DNA of 63,553 bases, filler included, from Intoshia linei (Eukaryota > Animalia > Orthonectida), in NCBI GenBank assembly GCA_001642005.1. It is 8 parts of 8 records of this genome, joined end to end, with 100 filler letters (N's around TTAATTAATTAA, not from the genome) between each part and the next. Parts side by side here need not be neighbours in the genome. Positions count along the whole stretch, not along the records: positions 1 to 25,991 come from LWCA01000485.1; 7 more parts are not named here. The stretch is one strand, 5' to 3'. Below the pieces are notes generated by a model that was not told the DNA's origin, did no database searches, and saw only the letters and a program-made list of their open reading frames with translations. This document shows positions 1-15,000 of this stretch, piece after piece (within the stretch, counting starts at the first letter, position 1; every line of letters begins with the position of its first letter). The translations under genes and the position numbers were made by a program.

Positions 1-3000
1 TAATAACAAAACCACAGATTAATGACCTATTATGTTTTTTTATTATAATAAAAATATACCTTTTCTCATATTGCAGCTTAAAAATAAAATGTGAAACAAA
101 TAATATTGGCAAAATTGCAATAAATTGATGGGTTTTTTAGAAATGATTTACAACAATGAAAATACGTAGTGTATTTATGGTTTAATTATTAATGACTAAA
201 ACGCAACTACATAATCATAAATTTAGTTATTACTTACATTTGTGTATGTATAGTTAAGTAGATAATAAGGAAATAGTACAATAAGTTATTGTTTATTAAT
301 CTTTCAGATTAAGACTTAATTTGTAAAGTATTTAAGACCCTAATAATATATAACTAATCATTAATGATCATCTTATTGAACATATTTAAAATATTCCAAC
401 AAAGACGATTGGAAAGACAAACCTTATAGCATTAAAATCTAATGATCAGATTAACAATTGTTTATGACAAAACTACTAAAAATCTAAGAAAATTAAAATG
501 AAAAGGTTAAAATAAATAAATTATGTTTTAAAATAGAGTACATATGTTTATTTTTATAAAAGTTTAAATATTATTTTAAAAAATTAATTAGAGCCTGCAA
601 GTTCATTAGTATATAAAAATAATTTTTTTCAACGAATTAACACTTTAAATGTATATAAGCATCTAATTATTCCTGAGCGGCATTGCATTTAAGATACCGT
701 TGACACCCTAATGTATATTATATATATGCAAATGAGGAATAGTGATAAATATAATTTAAAAAGGTGATTTGACTATTAAAAAGATTTTTCATTACCACTA
801 CTACCAAATAATAATAATTACTTATATATTAATTTACTTCTTGGTTTATAATTTTCAACTAGAAGTGTAAATAGCTATTACATTTTACAAAATCGTACCA
901 CTTTCCATTCAATAAAAAACTATAATGAAATAATAAAAGTACCTGAAAAATCATTTTCATTCCAAAATTATCATTGCAAAGCTCACTAATTATCAGAGCC
1001 ATGTTATGAGAGTTGATAGGGTTACTAATAACGTAATCATCACTGGATAGGTGAGATCTGCTAATGGTTATATCCTTTCTCCTAACTAGAATGTTTCCTA
1101 TAGCGCTACCCAAAAATATCATTTGCATATTCAAAATACCAGCAGAATGTCTAAATCAAAATAAATACCAGTAAATTATGATATATTCATTTTAATTCAT
1201 GCTCGTCGAGGTCAAACTGTACAAGTTACAAAACTTCCATTATTTACTCAGACCCTGTCAATGATAAAAGTATGATCTCACAACGAATATTGAATAAAAA
1301 TTGAAAAAATTGATGATAAGATAATATATGATTAAATTCAACAAATAAAAGTTTTAAATAGGCCCATTAATATTGAATAACAGGTGGAAATGACTAAAAA
1401 TAAATGATATAAAATGCAAAAATTTAAATTCCATTAAAATACGTGCCTTATTATCCACCAAGCTTTTTTCTCGCACGCTTTTTCATGAAGACATTTAACC
1501 AAATCTTTAATAATATAGTTATTAAACTTTTCAACTTTACTATTTTCAATTTTCCAATCAAGGCCCCTAGAAGATACATTGTATTTTAAGAAAATTAAAT
1601 AAATTTAAAATTTAGAAAATTACATTTTAATGACCAAATAATGTACTATATCAGCTTGTTCCTGCAATATAGTGGTACCTGCCAATTGATAAATGAGATC
1701 AAATATGTCTACGTCATTAAACTTTTCCATACAAAACCTATTGTTCGAGTTTTGATAATCTAATTCACCGTCACCGCTAGAAATTGAAAGCAATAAGTCA
1801 CATTTGGATATATTCTGTTGTAATTTTTCTATACATAGTATGTAGTATATATTACATTTCTCATGTCCTACAGGGTGAATTTTATTAATTTCTAAAATTC
1901 GATCAAAAAAATTAACACTGTAATACATACTCTATATATTAAAAAATATATATAACCAATTACAAAATTCAAACCAACCCTATTTAAAAAAATCCAATAA
2001 ATAATACAAAAAGAAATCAGTAATTAACCAAGTGATGACAATACCTACACTTATTTTTGTAGTACAAAATACCATTTCGAGGCATAATGAACATTACATT
2101 TTATATAATCACCTGAATTGGCAGATTGAGATCTTTCGCTTTGAAACAAGGAAAGTTGTTTAATGATTCCACTGACAGTACTGCGTCTTTTACTCAATAT
2201 CGAAGTAGGAATTGGAGTATCCAGTATGTCGTTGGAAATATCCACGGAATCTTTGATGTCAGAAATATTTTTTTCCGTGTTTGTCACAAACATATTCATG
2301 CTGAATTCGTCCTCATACTTGGATATAGAATGTTGTAGTGCTAGCAGTAATGAATTGTATTACGTTTTGAATAAATTTTAACTCAAAAGATTTTTACGCA
2401 ACTGCCGCGTCAATTCATGAAATTCAATACATTTGATTATAATTACAGGTAGAATTTATCTTCAAACTTTTGGAATATTTCAAAATGACATGAACAAATA
2501 GTGTCAAAAAATATTAAATATTAAAAATAAAAACAACATGGATAAATATATACAATGTAATTTGAAGCAAAATAAATAAAAATAAAAACCTTCATTGGAA
2601 ATCACATGTGTTATATCACAATTTCTTACTTTATTGAGATAATTATTTAAATTTCCAAATTCGATTCTAAATATAAAATTACAATTATTTATAAAAATAA
2701 AATTAAATGTATGTGTGTTACCGTTTAATTAATAAATTAAATTAAACGTCCTAAAGTTTAAAATAATCTAAATTATAATATGGGTTTTCAGGAGTCATGC
2801 AGTATCGCAAATTTTATTATCAGCTAAACATTATTTATATTTAATTACTGTTGAGTTGCAGAACGTTTGTACATAGTTAAATAAATAAAATATTAAAAAA
2901 AAGAAAAGAAGGGTTTAAACTTTAAAGATATACGTTATCCTTATTATTTCGGTAAATATGCTATAAAAATCTGATAAAATTTCAAATTTTAAAGATTCCC

Positions 3001-6000
3001 GTCACCTTTTAAAAAATGAATAATCAAGATTTGAATAATTTAGGATGTGTAATTCCTATTCGTTATATAAACCAACTAAACCAATATACACTAATTACAC
3101 ATAAAATGTAAAATACACACGTATACAAAATTGTTAAGATTTAATGATACATATTTGTGATTGTTTTACCGTAAAATTAAGTATGATATAAATATATTAA
3201 CATTAATAAATATTAATGACATGCATATTACCAAAACTATTAGTTAATTATGTTATTTAAAGTAATAATAGCACAGTAAAACACCAACAATATGCAAGGA
3301 TGATACATAGATCATCTTTTTCGTCTGAATAAGCTGGTCAACTTGATATCAATATTATTTTTCAATCACGTCTAGATAATTTTAAATTGAGGTTAAAGTT
3401 ATAAAAATGGCCACAATGGGGGAATTTTAATCCATATTAAACACAATAAAAAACGCCTAGTATGTATTACATGCATCACAATACATGAATAATATATTAA
3501 TTAATGTCATACTATATTTTGTTATTAAAATATTGTTTAAAAAATATACATTAGTGTTATACATTTGATATTAATATAAATTTTACATTATTATTATACA
3601 TCATTGTTATTATTATTATATATTATTGTTATTCCAATATTATTACAATACATGAATATATAATATATTAATTAATTTCATACTATATTTTGTTAAAAAA
3701 TATTGTTTAAAAAATATACATTATTCTTCTTATTATTATCACTATTATATATTATTGTTATTATTATACATTACTGTTATTATTATTACACCTTTAACAT
3801 TATAATAATAATAAGAACAATAATGTATAATAATAACAATAATATATAATAATAACAATAAATGTATTTAATTATAATTATAACTAAAATATCTCAATAA
3901 TTACTCATTAAATTTTAAAAAAATTTTCGACTTTTTTTTTGTTTTAAAATTTTTGTTTTAACTAAAAAATATATAAAAACATGTGATACTTTTAGTGAGA
4001 TCGTTTTCTGAGTGTTTTTCAGTGTTATTATATTATGGTATATATATTAGAGCCATTCATAGAGCATATTTACTAGTTCACGTAACATTTTAATTACGCT
4101 CTTAAAGAAGTTTGCATCATTGCAAATTCAATTATGGCATCAATGATGCCGCATAATTGTGTTTATGATAAAGTTTAATAATTGTTGTGTTGTTGCTTAA
4201 CGACTTTAGAGCATAATAAAATCATAATACAATAAAAATGATTTAAAATTACAGTGATATCTCGTTCTCGTCATGTTCGATTACTTAATTTTAGTTTATT
4301 TAGAGTTAAATATAAAGCCAAAATTACATATCTATGATTGCAAAAAATATTTTTGGCTTGAAATTGTTTCTATCACTGTACAATGTACATTCAAATTGTT
4401 ACGTATTGTTGATTAACTATTTTAGAGCATAATGTGTGAATGGCTCTAGTTATTATACATAAAAAATACAAACCGAGCGCCATCAAATTGCCCGTCTTGA
4501 AAATGTTTCGTAGCTGACAAGATTTGATTAGATATATTATTTGTTTTATTATCTAAATTTCCAATAAAATAATTGTGAATTATAGCTTTAATATTCGCGT
4601 ATATTATTCAAACATAACTATAATCATTAATGAACGAGATTGAAGAGAATCACATTATGTTTACATTATTAACAGTGCGCGACAACATAATGTGAATATA
4701 CATTTCAAATACAGTAATCTCTCTATACCTTGTCATGGGTCTTATTCAGTTAAAGCTCACAATATAAACTCCATAAAATGTAATTGATCTATTATTTTTA
4801 TTGAGCTGACATCATATCAGTGACATGTAGCCTATGAATCTACCATGATGAAGGTCCACCCAAAAATCAAAAATAAGCCGCTATTTTTTTTTGTAAACGA
4901 TGCATTTTATATAACCCAAGCCAACTCTCTTATTTTATAATTTTTATAATAATTTTATTTAATTTGTAAAGAGAAAAATTTTGGAAAAATCAGACCCGAA
5001 AAGCAGTCTCGGTAGGCTTATATAGTAGTTAAATTCGGGTCTGTTATTGATATTTAAAATTTTATAAATTCAAAATTTTTGAAGTTAAAATTTTTTTTTT
5101 ATACAAAGAAAAAAAGTGTTTTAGAATTATATTTGTTTTTACATTGAAATTGTTTATATTTATAAACAATAGGGACAAAACTACACTATCTAGTTCAATT
5201 AAACACGAAATACCGACAATGTTAATATTTATGAGCATGTACCTAACCTATAATAATTGAATTCAATGATAAAATACTTCAAGTCACATTACATAATTAA
5301 ACATTACCAACATGTCGCATCCCACAACTCAAAAGTATTATAGGGGATTCTTTGTATGTCCAATTATCTCGCAGGAATAAAATTTTTGATCGTAATTGAT
5401 CAATTAGATAATAAGGATCTCTGGAAATGTAAGAAAAGCTAATATTCATAAACTAAAATAAATATTAATGCATCAAATGTATAAAATTACATGTGGATAA
5501 AATGCAAAAATTCTATTTTTTATTGTATACAATTTAGCAGTTTCTAGAATACCAATATTCTTTTCTTGTCTTCCAGTTAATCCCAATTTTTCATTATGAC
5601 CTATTATTTAACAAGATGAGTGTCATAACTAACATCATATGCACAAATAGCTTATATTTTATATTGAATTAATAAGGTATTACTATATCCTAGCTTATAT
5701 TCATCAATCACAAAATTTAATTACAAGATGAATATAAAAAAAATTTTTAAATTCTCAATTTGAAAATATAATGCCCTATTATAGTACATTTTCAAAAATT
5801 TGTCAAATATAATATATTATACATTACATTAATGTAGATAAAATTCAAAAATATTAAAATAAATTTATAACAATACCTATAGAAGACAACAAACATCCTA
5901 AGACAGTGGAAAAATAAATTTCAACAGGTTTTAAAGATTCTGTTGTTTCGACTACGATACCACTGTCCAAAAACATTTTTTTGATTGAGTCATGCAACGA

Positions 6001-9000
6001 AACGAGGCATACTAAATTATAAGATAATGATTTATCAGCATAACAATACATTATTACTACTATTATTGTATACTAAGGTGTCTCAAAAAAATAAAAAATT
6101 ATATTTTTAAACATCCTTAGGTATAATAGTGATAAAGTATAAAAAAAATTATATTTCCAAAATATTAATACATTTCAATGAATATTGAAGATAGCCTGAC
6201 CATTTAAAGTTTTCTATATATATATACTATATATTAGGAGTTATCCGAAAATATTTTACAATAGTTATTATTTTAGTAATACCATCATTTTAAGCCCTAA
6301 AGATATTTTTTCTAAATACCCAATTCCCATACCTTATTGTACACTAATAACACGGCAACATTCGGAAAAGGATTTTGATAAAATTTTGGCAAATTACTCT
6401 AACTTGTTCTATTAGATAATATACCAAATTTATATAAAATCCGTCGTGCAGTTAAAGAGTGCTGTTATCGGGTTTTAATTATTAAATATACAGTAATATA
6501 ATATGATTATAACAATAGAAAAGAATTAAGATATTAAAATCCAAATTCATATATTGATAGACAAATCAGGAAACATAAACGTATTAGTGGGTTGTATAAT
6601 ACTTACATATAGTACAAATTATCAGATATAAAAAAATAGTAAATAATGCGAGAATTTAGCAAACGGAACAAAATATACAAAAGGTTGCTGTTCCCTGATA
6701 AAATTAGCATTATAAATAAATTCAAACTAACAACTGGAGGAATTTCACTAGTATTTTTAAAGTTGTAGCATTGTAATGGATCCAAATTTTTTTTATTAAT
6801 GTATCCTGATCCAAGAAGTTTTCCAATAATATACATTGATTGACTCCATATATGTGGGAATTTTCCAGCTGCTTTTCTTATTGTAGAGCCCTTATTAGAT
6901 CGCTCCTGGTCGACCTATAATAATAATAATATTTGTGATGAAATAATAGTTTAAAAATATTAGATCAAAAGCATTTAATCCAATGGTTCCCGATTGCTAA
7001 ATGGATCCCATAGATCAGCGATTCCCAACATATTTCGCAGTTGGTATCCCTAAACTAAAAAAAAATAATTTGGTACCCCATAATAATTTCTATTTATTGT
7101 AACTATTATGAATTAAAAAAAATCAAATAAAATAAATAGTTAGTTAAACTCTACTTCATCAAAAATAGATAAATGACAAATCGAGAATTATTCATCTGAC
7201 AAAATAGATAATTTTCATGGTTGTAACAGCGACTATTAAATACACCTTTTTCGATTAAAATCAAAAAAGCTGACATTCAAATTAAAAAATTCAATATCAA
7301 TTTTAAAAAATATTTATAATTTATGAATCATAAAGTGTTCGTCATGGGATGAGACAAACCGGTACCCAATAAAAATTTATGGTACCTCTAGGGGTACCAG
7401 TACCCCCATTTAATAACCGCTGCCATAGACGTACAAAACTATATGCCTGGGCTCCGTGAGATTCAAATAAAATGTAATAAAAAATTTATCGATTTTTTTT
7501 TATTTTTATAGAATTTTTAATATTTATTAAAGAATTGTCATATGTTCGAAATTTATCCCAAAGCCTAGACGACCGCTACATTATTATTTCAAAAATTCCA
7601 CTTTTATCCCACCATTAATAAAATTTAATAAAGAATACTATTTCAATCCCTAACGGAAAAATTGACTTTTACCCATATTTATTTGAAAAATCAACTTAAT
7701 CAAACCACCAAATAAAAAATCTGATTTAATCAAATCTTATGAACCTCAAATTCTTAATTCAAAACCCAAAAAAAAAAATTTAATTTTACCAACACTTTAC
7801 TTAAAATAACTTTACTTTAATGATAAAAAATACCATTTCAAACCCTATGGGAAAAATCGATTTTTACCAATATTTTTTTGAAAAATCTACTTAATCTAAC
7901 CCCCAAAAAACAAACGAATTTTACCAACCCTTAAGGGAAAAATTAGATTTAACAAAATCTTCAGAAAAAAACTTAATTTTTAAAAAATACTTTATATTTC
8001 AGGTTTCCAATGGTGTCTAAAAAAAAATATCTAGAAATAGTGGTCCGTACACTATTCGGAAATCTATTATGAAACGGGAACCTCTGATTTAATCTCACCA
8101 TATCAAGTTCAACAGTATAACATTCCGGTAATGCATGTATAGTTGATCCTTTGGTGTTGATTGGTAGTAAAATTCTATATAAAAGAAACGTGTATTAAAA
8201 TTAATTACATATAGGTATAATTAGACGATGCCTAGCGCCATGACCCTTTCCAGCTGTGCCGATACCGACAGAAAATAGAAAAATAATAAATTTGATTATG
8301 TAAAATTATGATAAGACAAAAATGAATCATTTCAAATTTACTTTTCAAGGTAGTGCATATATAAATCATAAGAATCTTTTTCATTGTCAAAAATTGCATT
8401 AATACACATACATGCATAGAAAAGTGGCCATTCACATTCAATATTTTCAAATGTATGTAATTCATATTTTTCATAGTGGAGTCTATTTTGATCCTAAATG
8501 TTACATTACATACTAAATTCAAATAAAAATTTAATATAAATACTACTTCAAGTGGTGTTAAATATCCGTCTCTAATAAATCGTTTAAATCCATAATTTCC
8601 CTAAATTTATATAAATTAACCATTAAATTTAACGTTCAATTATAATTGTAACTAGGGATTGAAATTACTTGATAAAAAAAATTATTGAAAATAAAACTAA
8701 TTACTTGAAGGATTTTAACATTTTTTAATCGACTGAACAATGCTAACATCATAATGTTATGAAATTTTAGATTCCAAAGTACTCAGATATGATTTTTATG
8801 TACATTTTATGATAATATATATTACATTCAATTTTGAAACAATGCGTTCTCTGGTAAGATTAATAATTTCTTCACTTTGTACGGCAAATCCTGGAAAACC
8901 GATAACTAAAAAATAATGAACATCGTCTCATTTAAAAATTTTTAAATGAATAAAATTATGAAATTAAGAGTGAAATTACTCATTAACAGCCCAGCTCCAA

Positions 9001-12000
9001 TTTCCTAAAATTTAATTTTATCAGTTATCATGAATTAATTAACAATTTTAAATGGCGTACAGACTAATATTGCGTAAAATTTTTAATTTATTGATATTTT
9101 ATTTATTACCGTTAACAGTAAAAATATTATAATCATAAAATATTATCAAATTGAATCTAATTTAAAAAAATTAACTCCAAAAATAGTATAAAATTAAATA
9201 TTTCCACGTTTTATCGGGGTCCGATCTGTACCGAGACCTTTCATGGAATTGGAAATAATTATAGCTTAGTTAATACAAGATTTTAATATACTATTGAATT
9301 GTACCCAGGAGCTTCTCAATATAAAAACAAAAACTTTTTTACAGAGTTCAATAAAAGACCTCAAACTAAAAATTTCAAAATAAGCACTGCATATTCAATC
9401 AATTCACCTTTGATAAAGATTCTCGTGGCATCATTGATTCCAAAATTGCCTATTAGAATATACTATATACTAGATATATAATATATATGTATATATGTAT
9501 ATTAGGGCTGTTCAAAAAAAAATTAGCACATGGGCAGAGGGTATACTTTGATATGTGAAAAATAATATGCCGTTATTAAAAATTCTCAATTCTCAAAAAA
9601 CATTAAGCGGAATTCAATTAATAACTATAAAATTCTATATAATAGGTGATGTTAATTTTTAAACATTTAGTAGGTAACTAGCGTAATATTATTATACATT
9701 TAGAATCTAAATTTTAGTTTATATTGAAATTTAAACAACATAATTTTACATATTATCAGTCGGCATGCATATCGAGCCTCACTTCCATATTACTGAAATA
9801 AAATGATTAATATAATTAACAAAAACAATTACAAATATAAATGGACAAACTAAATAAAACCAAACAATTGTTAAAATTACACGATTAGCACTTTTAACAA
9901 GTTGATGAATAAACAAATAAGATAGATTTAAGATAGAATAAGATTTATAATTCTTCAATGACTTAAAATTGTGAGAAACAAAATTAAAGGAATGCTTGAT
10001 CATTTGGTCAAATAATAATAATTAACATTAAGTTATTGCAAAAGATTAGATAATTATTGGTGAATTAATAAACTAAAATTTCACTTTTATAATAACAGAA
10101 TTATTCGTTTCAATTTAAATTACTTTGAATTTCAACACCAATAATAATTGTTTGCATGATTAATCATTATTTTTTGAAAATAATAAAGTATTTTTGTCAT
10201 TTTTTGTGATTTCAATTAATTAAAACGCTGAAACTAATAATACAAAAAAAATTACTCACCTGTCACGAATCTGCATCACATTTTACGTATTATCATCCAA
10301 TTTTTATAAAAATTAATCAATTAGAATAAACAAAGTTCAATTTTTTAGCTCGGCTTCTAGAGAGTTCATATTACTTTTTTTCATTAAAATGTATTTAAAA
10401 CGTAAATAACTGAATTCCATAATGACACTCGAATTTTCACAGATAAAATAAACTTTGGTAATTATAAATTTTGGAATTTTTATATTTGACCAATATTACA
10501 AAAACCCCTTTTTATGGAAAAAACGCCCTGTGAGGTTAAATATTTCATTTTTTTACTCTAAATTTGGTATATATCTTAGTGGGTCGTACATTAATCTTAT
10601 CCATGTTTAAAATAAATTCATTGGTGCATATTAAGCAAAAGGGAAAAAAGCACGCGAAAACCTTAAAAAGGAAAACCGCTTAATGTTTTTACGGTAAATT
10701 TTTCTGAAAATATATTTTTAGGGGTTTTTAAGTACCCTCTTCAGCGTGGTATAGGTTATTTTCAACAAAACTCATTTTTTGGAAAAAACGAACAGCCCTA
10801 ATGTATATAGTACCATATGTATTTTATAAGTATACTATTATAATAGTTATTTAAACGTATATTTAATAATTACACATTAGTATGCAATTTTTAAAGATTA
10901 AAGAAATGTAAACAGTACAAATTACTAATGACACATCGCATAAATATGACAGTTTTTACAGCCATCAAATCTTATACTTAAAATAGAATAAATAAATAAC
11001 TAAAAAACCCTTCGCATTTCAAAATAAACACTTTAACTAACATCACTTTTCAATAAACAAGTTTTACAAAAATTTAATTATTAATTTTATTGAAATACTA
11101 GCTAGACCAGTTTTCCCAAACTTTTTCCACCATGGACCACTTTTCACACAAAAAAATGTGTGTGGACCACATAATTTTTTTAAAAAATCCCCTTAATCCT
11201 GAATACGTCACTAAAGTAATATTTTGAGTTTTTATTATATATTCCTCCTTAAATCGAAAATTTTACATTAATTTTGACAAGGTAGCTTCAATGGCGTAAT
11301 ATTTCAAACATACTTATTGCGAATTACCAGTGCCGTATGCGAGATCCCTCGATGGAAGGATCTCGACGAAATTTTTTTTAAAATGGAGGGTTGAATTAAT
11401 TAAATTGAGCATTAAAATAAATCTTGAATATCAACTAATTTGAATGTTAAATTTAAAATGTCAACTCAAGAGTCTTAAAAAAGTGGATAAAGTTATATGA
11501 CATTATAATTCGTTTAGAAAATTTTTTAATGAACTAATTTTTATTTTTGAAGTGGCGAAGGGCTTGCTAGGTTCGATTCCGGAAACTACAATCGAACTAA
11601 GTTAAATCATTACATAGATTAAATTTAACGTATGTTAAAATTATTCACGTTATTCAGTAAATTTTCATTTCATTTTGATTAAATGATGTTTACGTTCACT
11701 AATAATTATTATTATAATAATAAATGATCGATACAATTCTAATTTATCATTATTATTGTTAAAACAAGGTTATCTTCATTTTATTTAAAATTTTTCTTTC
11801 GGACCACCTATTATTTCCTATGGACCACTTTGGGAACCACTGAGCTAGAATTTTATGTACTTCGCACACACTGTAGCTAACTCTGCCCAGGGCACTTTAT
11901 TAATTCCACCCAATAAATAAATTCAATACTAAAATATTACATAAAAATTTCACTACTCACTATAATCAATCCTTTAAAGAAGTTTAAACTTTAAACTTGT

Positions 12001-15000
12001 TTCACCATAAACCGGTCATTTCACATTAAATTAAATTTAAAGTTAATTATTCATAATTCCACTTAATTTTATTTACTCAACGTTTGTGTAAGGAATTTTA
12101 AAAACAATTTTGTGATCCGACTTTTTTCATTTATAGTGAGAATAAGTTTATAATCTTTAGAGCTAAGTACGGTTTGTACGAAGTACATAACGTCAAGCTA
12201 GTTATACAATAAAAAATACTTTAATTACAAAAATTAATAAATATTTACTTTGCATTGGGCCATATGATCCTCATTGACGTACATTTTGGTAGTATGGGAA
12301 TGATCTTTCCCGAATAAATTTACATTTCGTATAGAACGAAGAGCAGCCTAAAATTTAATAAAATTTGTCATAACTTTAAAAATAATAATAAACATAAGCC
12401 ATTCCAATAGAAATTGTGTTTAGTTCGCATTTTCCCTGATTATTTTTGTCACCACGCTCCCAAATTCCATAATCCTAAAATTATGCAGACAAATATAAAA
12501 GTTTAAATTAGTAAAAAGATTCTAAAGCATGATTTTTATTCGCGTTTCCCAGAGCTAATAGTTATACGGATAACCTAACTGAGAAAATATATTTCTAAAA
12601 AGGGAACGGTAGACCAAATGATTTTGGAAACCCCTGCGGTAAAGTCTACCAGTCTAGCTCAGTAATGTAGTCTAGATGTACATTTTGAATATATTTTAGT
12701 ATTTTTAACCAAACTCTTATTTTTTCAAATTTTAAATTTAAATTTTGAATCAAACACCATAGTCTCTGCGAGCCAATACAGGAAACGCTAGTATAGATAA
12801 TATTAAAAAATACTGGAATTCGATAACAACATTCAATGTAAAAAATTAAGTTTTGAATAAAACTGACTTCATCTGTATCATAAATTACATTCAAGTCTAA
12901 AATATGTCACTATTATAATCATAAAATTAAATGTATTAGTTCGCAGTGTTAGATTTATAATGTTATATTTGCAGTTTTGTGAAAATTAAGATTATTGATG
13001 ACAAATGTACCTTATTTCACAATAAAAAAATTGAATTTAAAATCATTTATGTGATGAGAAACTAAATAATGTTCAGTGAACATTATATTTTATACACTAC
13101 AGTCAGACCTCTTAATGCCGCAATTTTGGTTTTTCGATATTTATGGCGGTATTGAGGGTTTTTTAATCTATAACTAAAATATAAATAAAATGTATATTAC
13201 ACTCATTATTTATATAATGATTATATACATGATTGAAAAAACTATTTCACTTTACATTTTCATTTCTTCAACACAAATACAATAAAAAAAAACACATTAA
13301 TATTTATCAATATATACATTTGAAAATACTTATATATTTGTCTGGTCAATGTAAAAATTTATCAAATAAACTCAAATTTGCTTGCTGCGCATCTGAACTC
13401 TACCCATGGCGAACCAATACACCGTGGCGTACCGGTTAAATCACTGATCTACATCGTAAAAAAATAATTTCCTCTACTTCGTAAGACACAATCCAGAATA
13501 ACAAAAAAGATTCTAAAAAACGACCTCAAGGCTAAACATTTTAAATTGACAACGATTCACTAAAATCATCACCAATACAGTCACACATATTGTTTCTTTT
13601 GGAAATTAAGTCTTAAAAAACCACCTTCCATGTATTATTTTTGGTAGTTTCACATTTTTTCATACAAATATCTAACAGTTAATCTGTATTGCAATATTAT
13701 TATGCCAAAATAAACATATTCGTCAATATTAACTTTTAAATTTTAAAGACAATTTATACTAAACTTTTTGCAAATAAAACACTATAAATCTCACTCTGGG
13801 ATTAATTAATTCATACTCGATTCAATCATTTGAGATAAAGTCAAAATGTAGAGTGAAATGGCGTCAAATTGTAAATGTCCCCAATCATTGTCTCCTACGA
13901 CAGTCTTAAAATCCGTGGAAGAGTATTTTGCCTAAATAAATTTTGTAAAAATAAAATTTATAGTTTCAAATAAATGGAAAAGGCACAAAATAAAAATATA
14001 TAACATCATGTTACATGTAAAGCATCAATGTTAGAATGAGATTTTGTAAAGTTTTCAACTTTTTTGACTTGCAACATAAAGCATATCAATAGACCTCGCA
14101 TAATTTTAACACATTTCTAAAATATAGATTAAATACATCAGTCAAAAATACACAGTAAAATATGTACATATTTATATAATAATGATTATTAAATAATGAT
14201 AGATATCATTATTATAAATGAATTTTAACCATTCTAAGTTCATAAGAACGAGATTTAGAAATGTTTTCTTCGTCGTTCTCGATATTATCATAAGCCATAC
14301 TCAATGACCACAAAGCCCATGCTACATAAATATTGTCTCGAACCCATGAATCATTATTATCTGAAGAATGACATACTAATCCAGTGACTATATTCTAAAT
14401 TTTTAGCATAAATAAAATTTTATAATATAAAAATATTCTACATTTAATTTTATTTACTTTTATCAAAATACATCAATAAAGTCGTTTCCCTACTTATATA
14501 AAATAAAAGTTGCTAAAATTGTATGTTTTACGTTACCATTTATTTAAAAACTCAATGTCCCTAAATTTTAAAACAAATTCTAAGTCAGTTTTATATTTTA
14601 AAAGTAAAACTCAAATCAATGTCACAATGTATATTATACACAGGGAAGTGTGAAATGCTGTTACCAGCGAAGAAGACTGCTGTACCGGCAAAGCAATGCT
14701 GTTTCCCCAGCATTTTATTTCATATATTATATTGAATTTCAGCACATTTATTTTATCGTAACCATAATTAATAAAATTAACTAAAATAAATCTGAATTTT
14801 TATAATTTTTTTTTTTAAATTTTAATTATTTTAGAACATGATTGTTTACCATTTTTCAAAACATTTTGCAAAAGGTGTATATTGCAGAGACGCAGTAAAT
14901 ATAATGATAGCTTTAAAAGTACAATATAACACTGAGGTTTTTGACAAGGCCAAAAAAAATTTTCGAGTTTTGACCACTAAAATGTGAGTTTCTGAAAATG

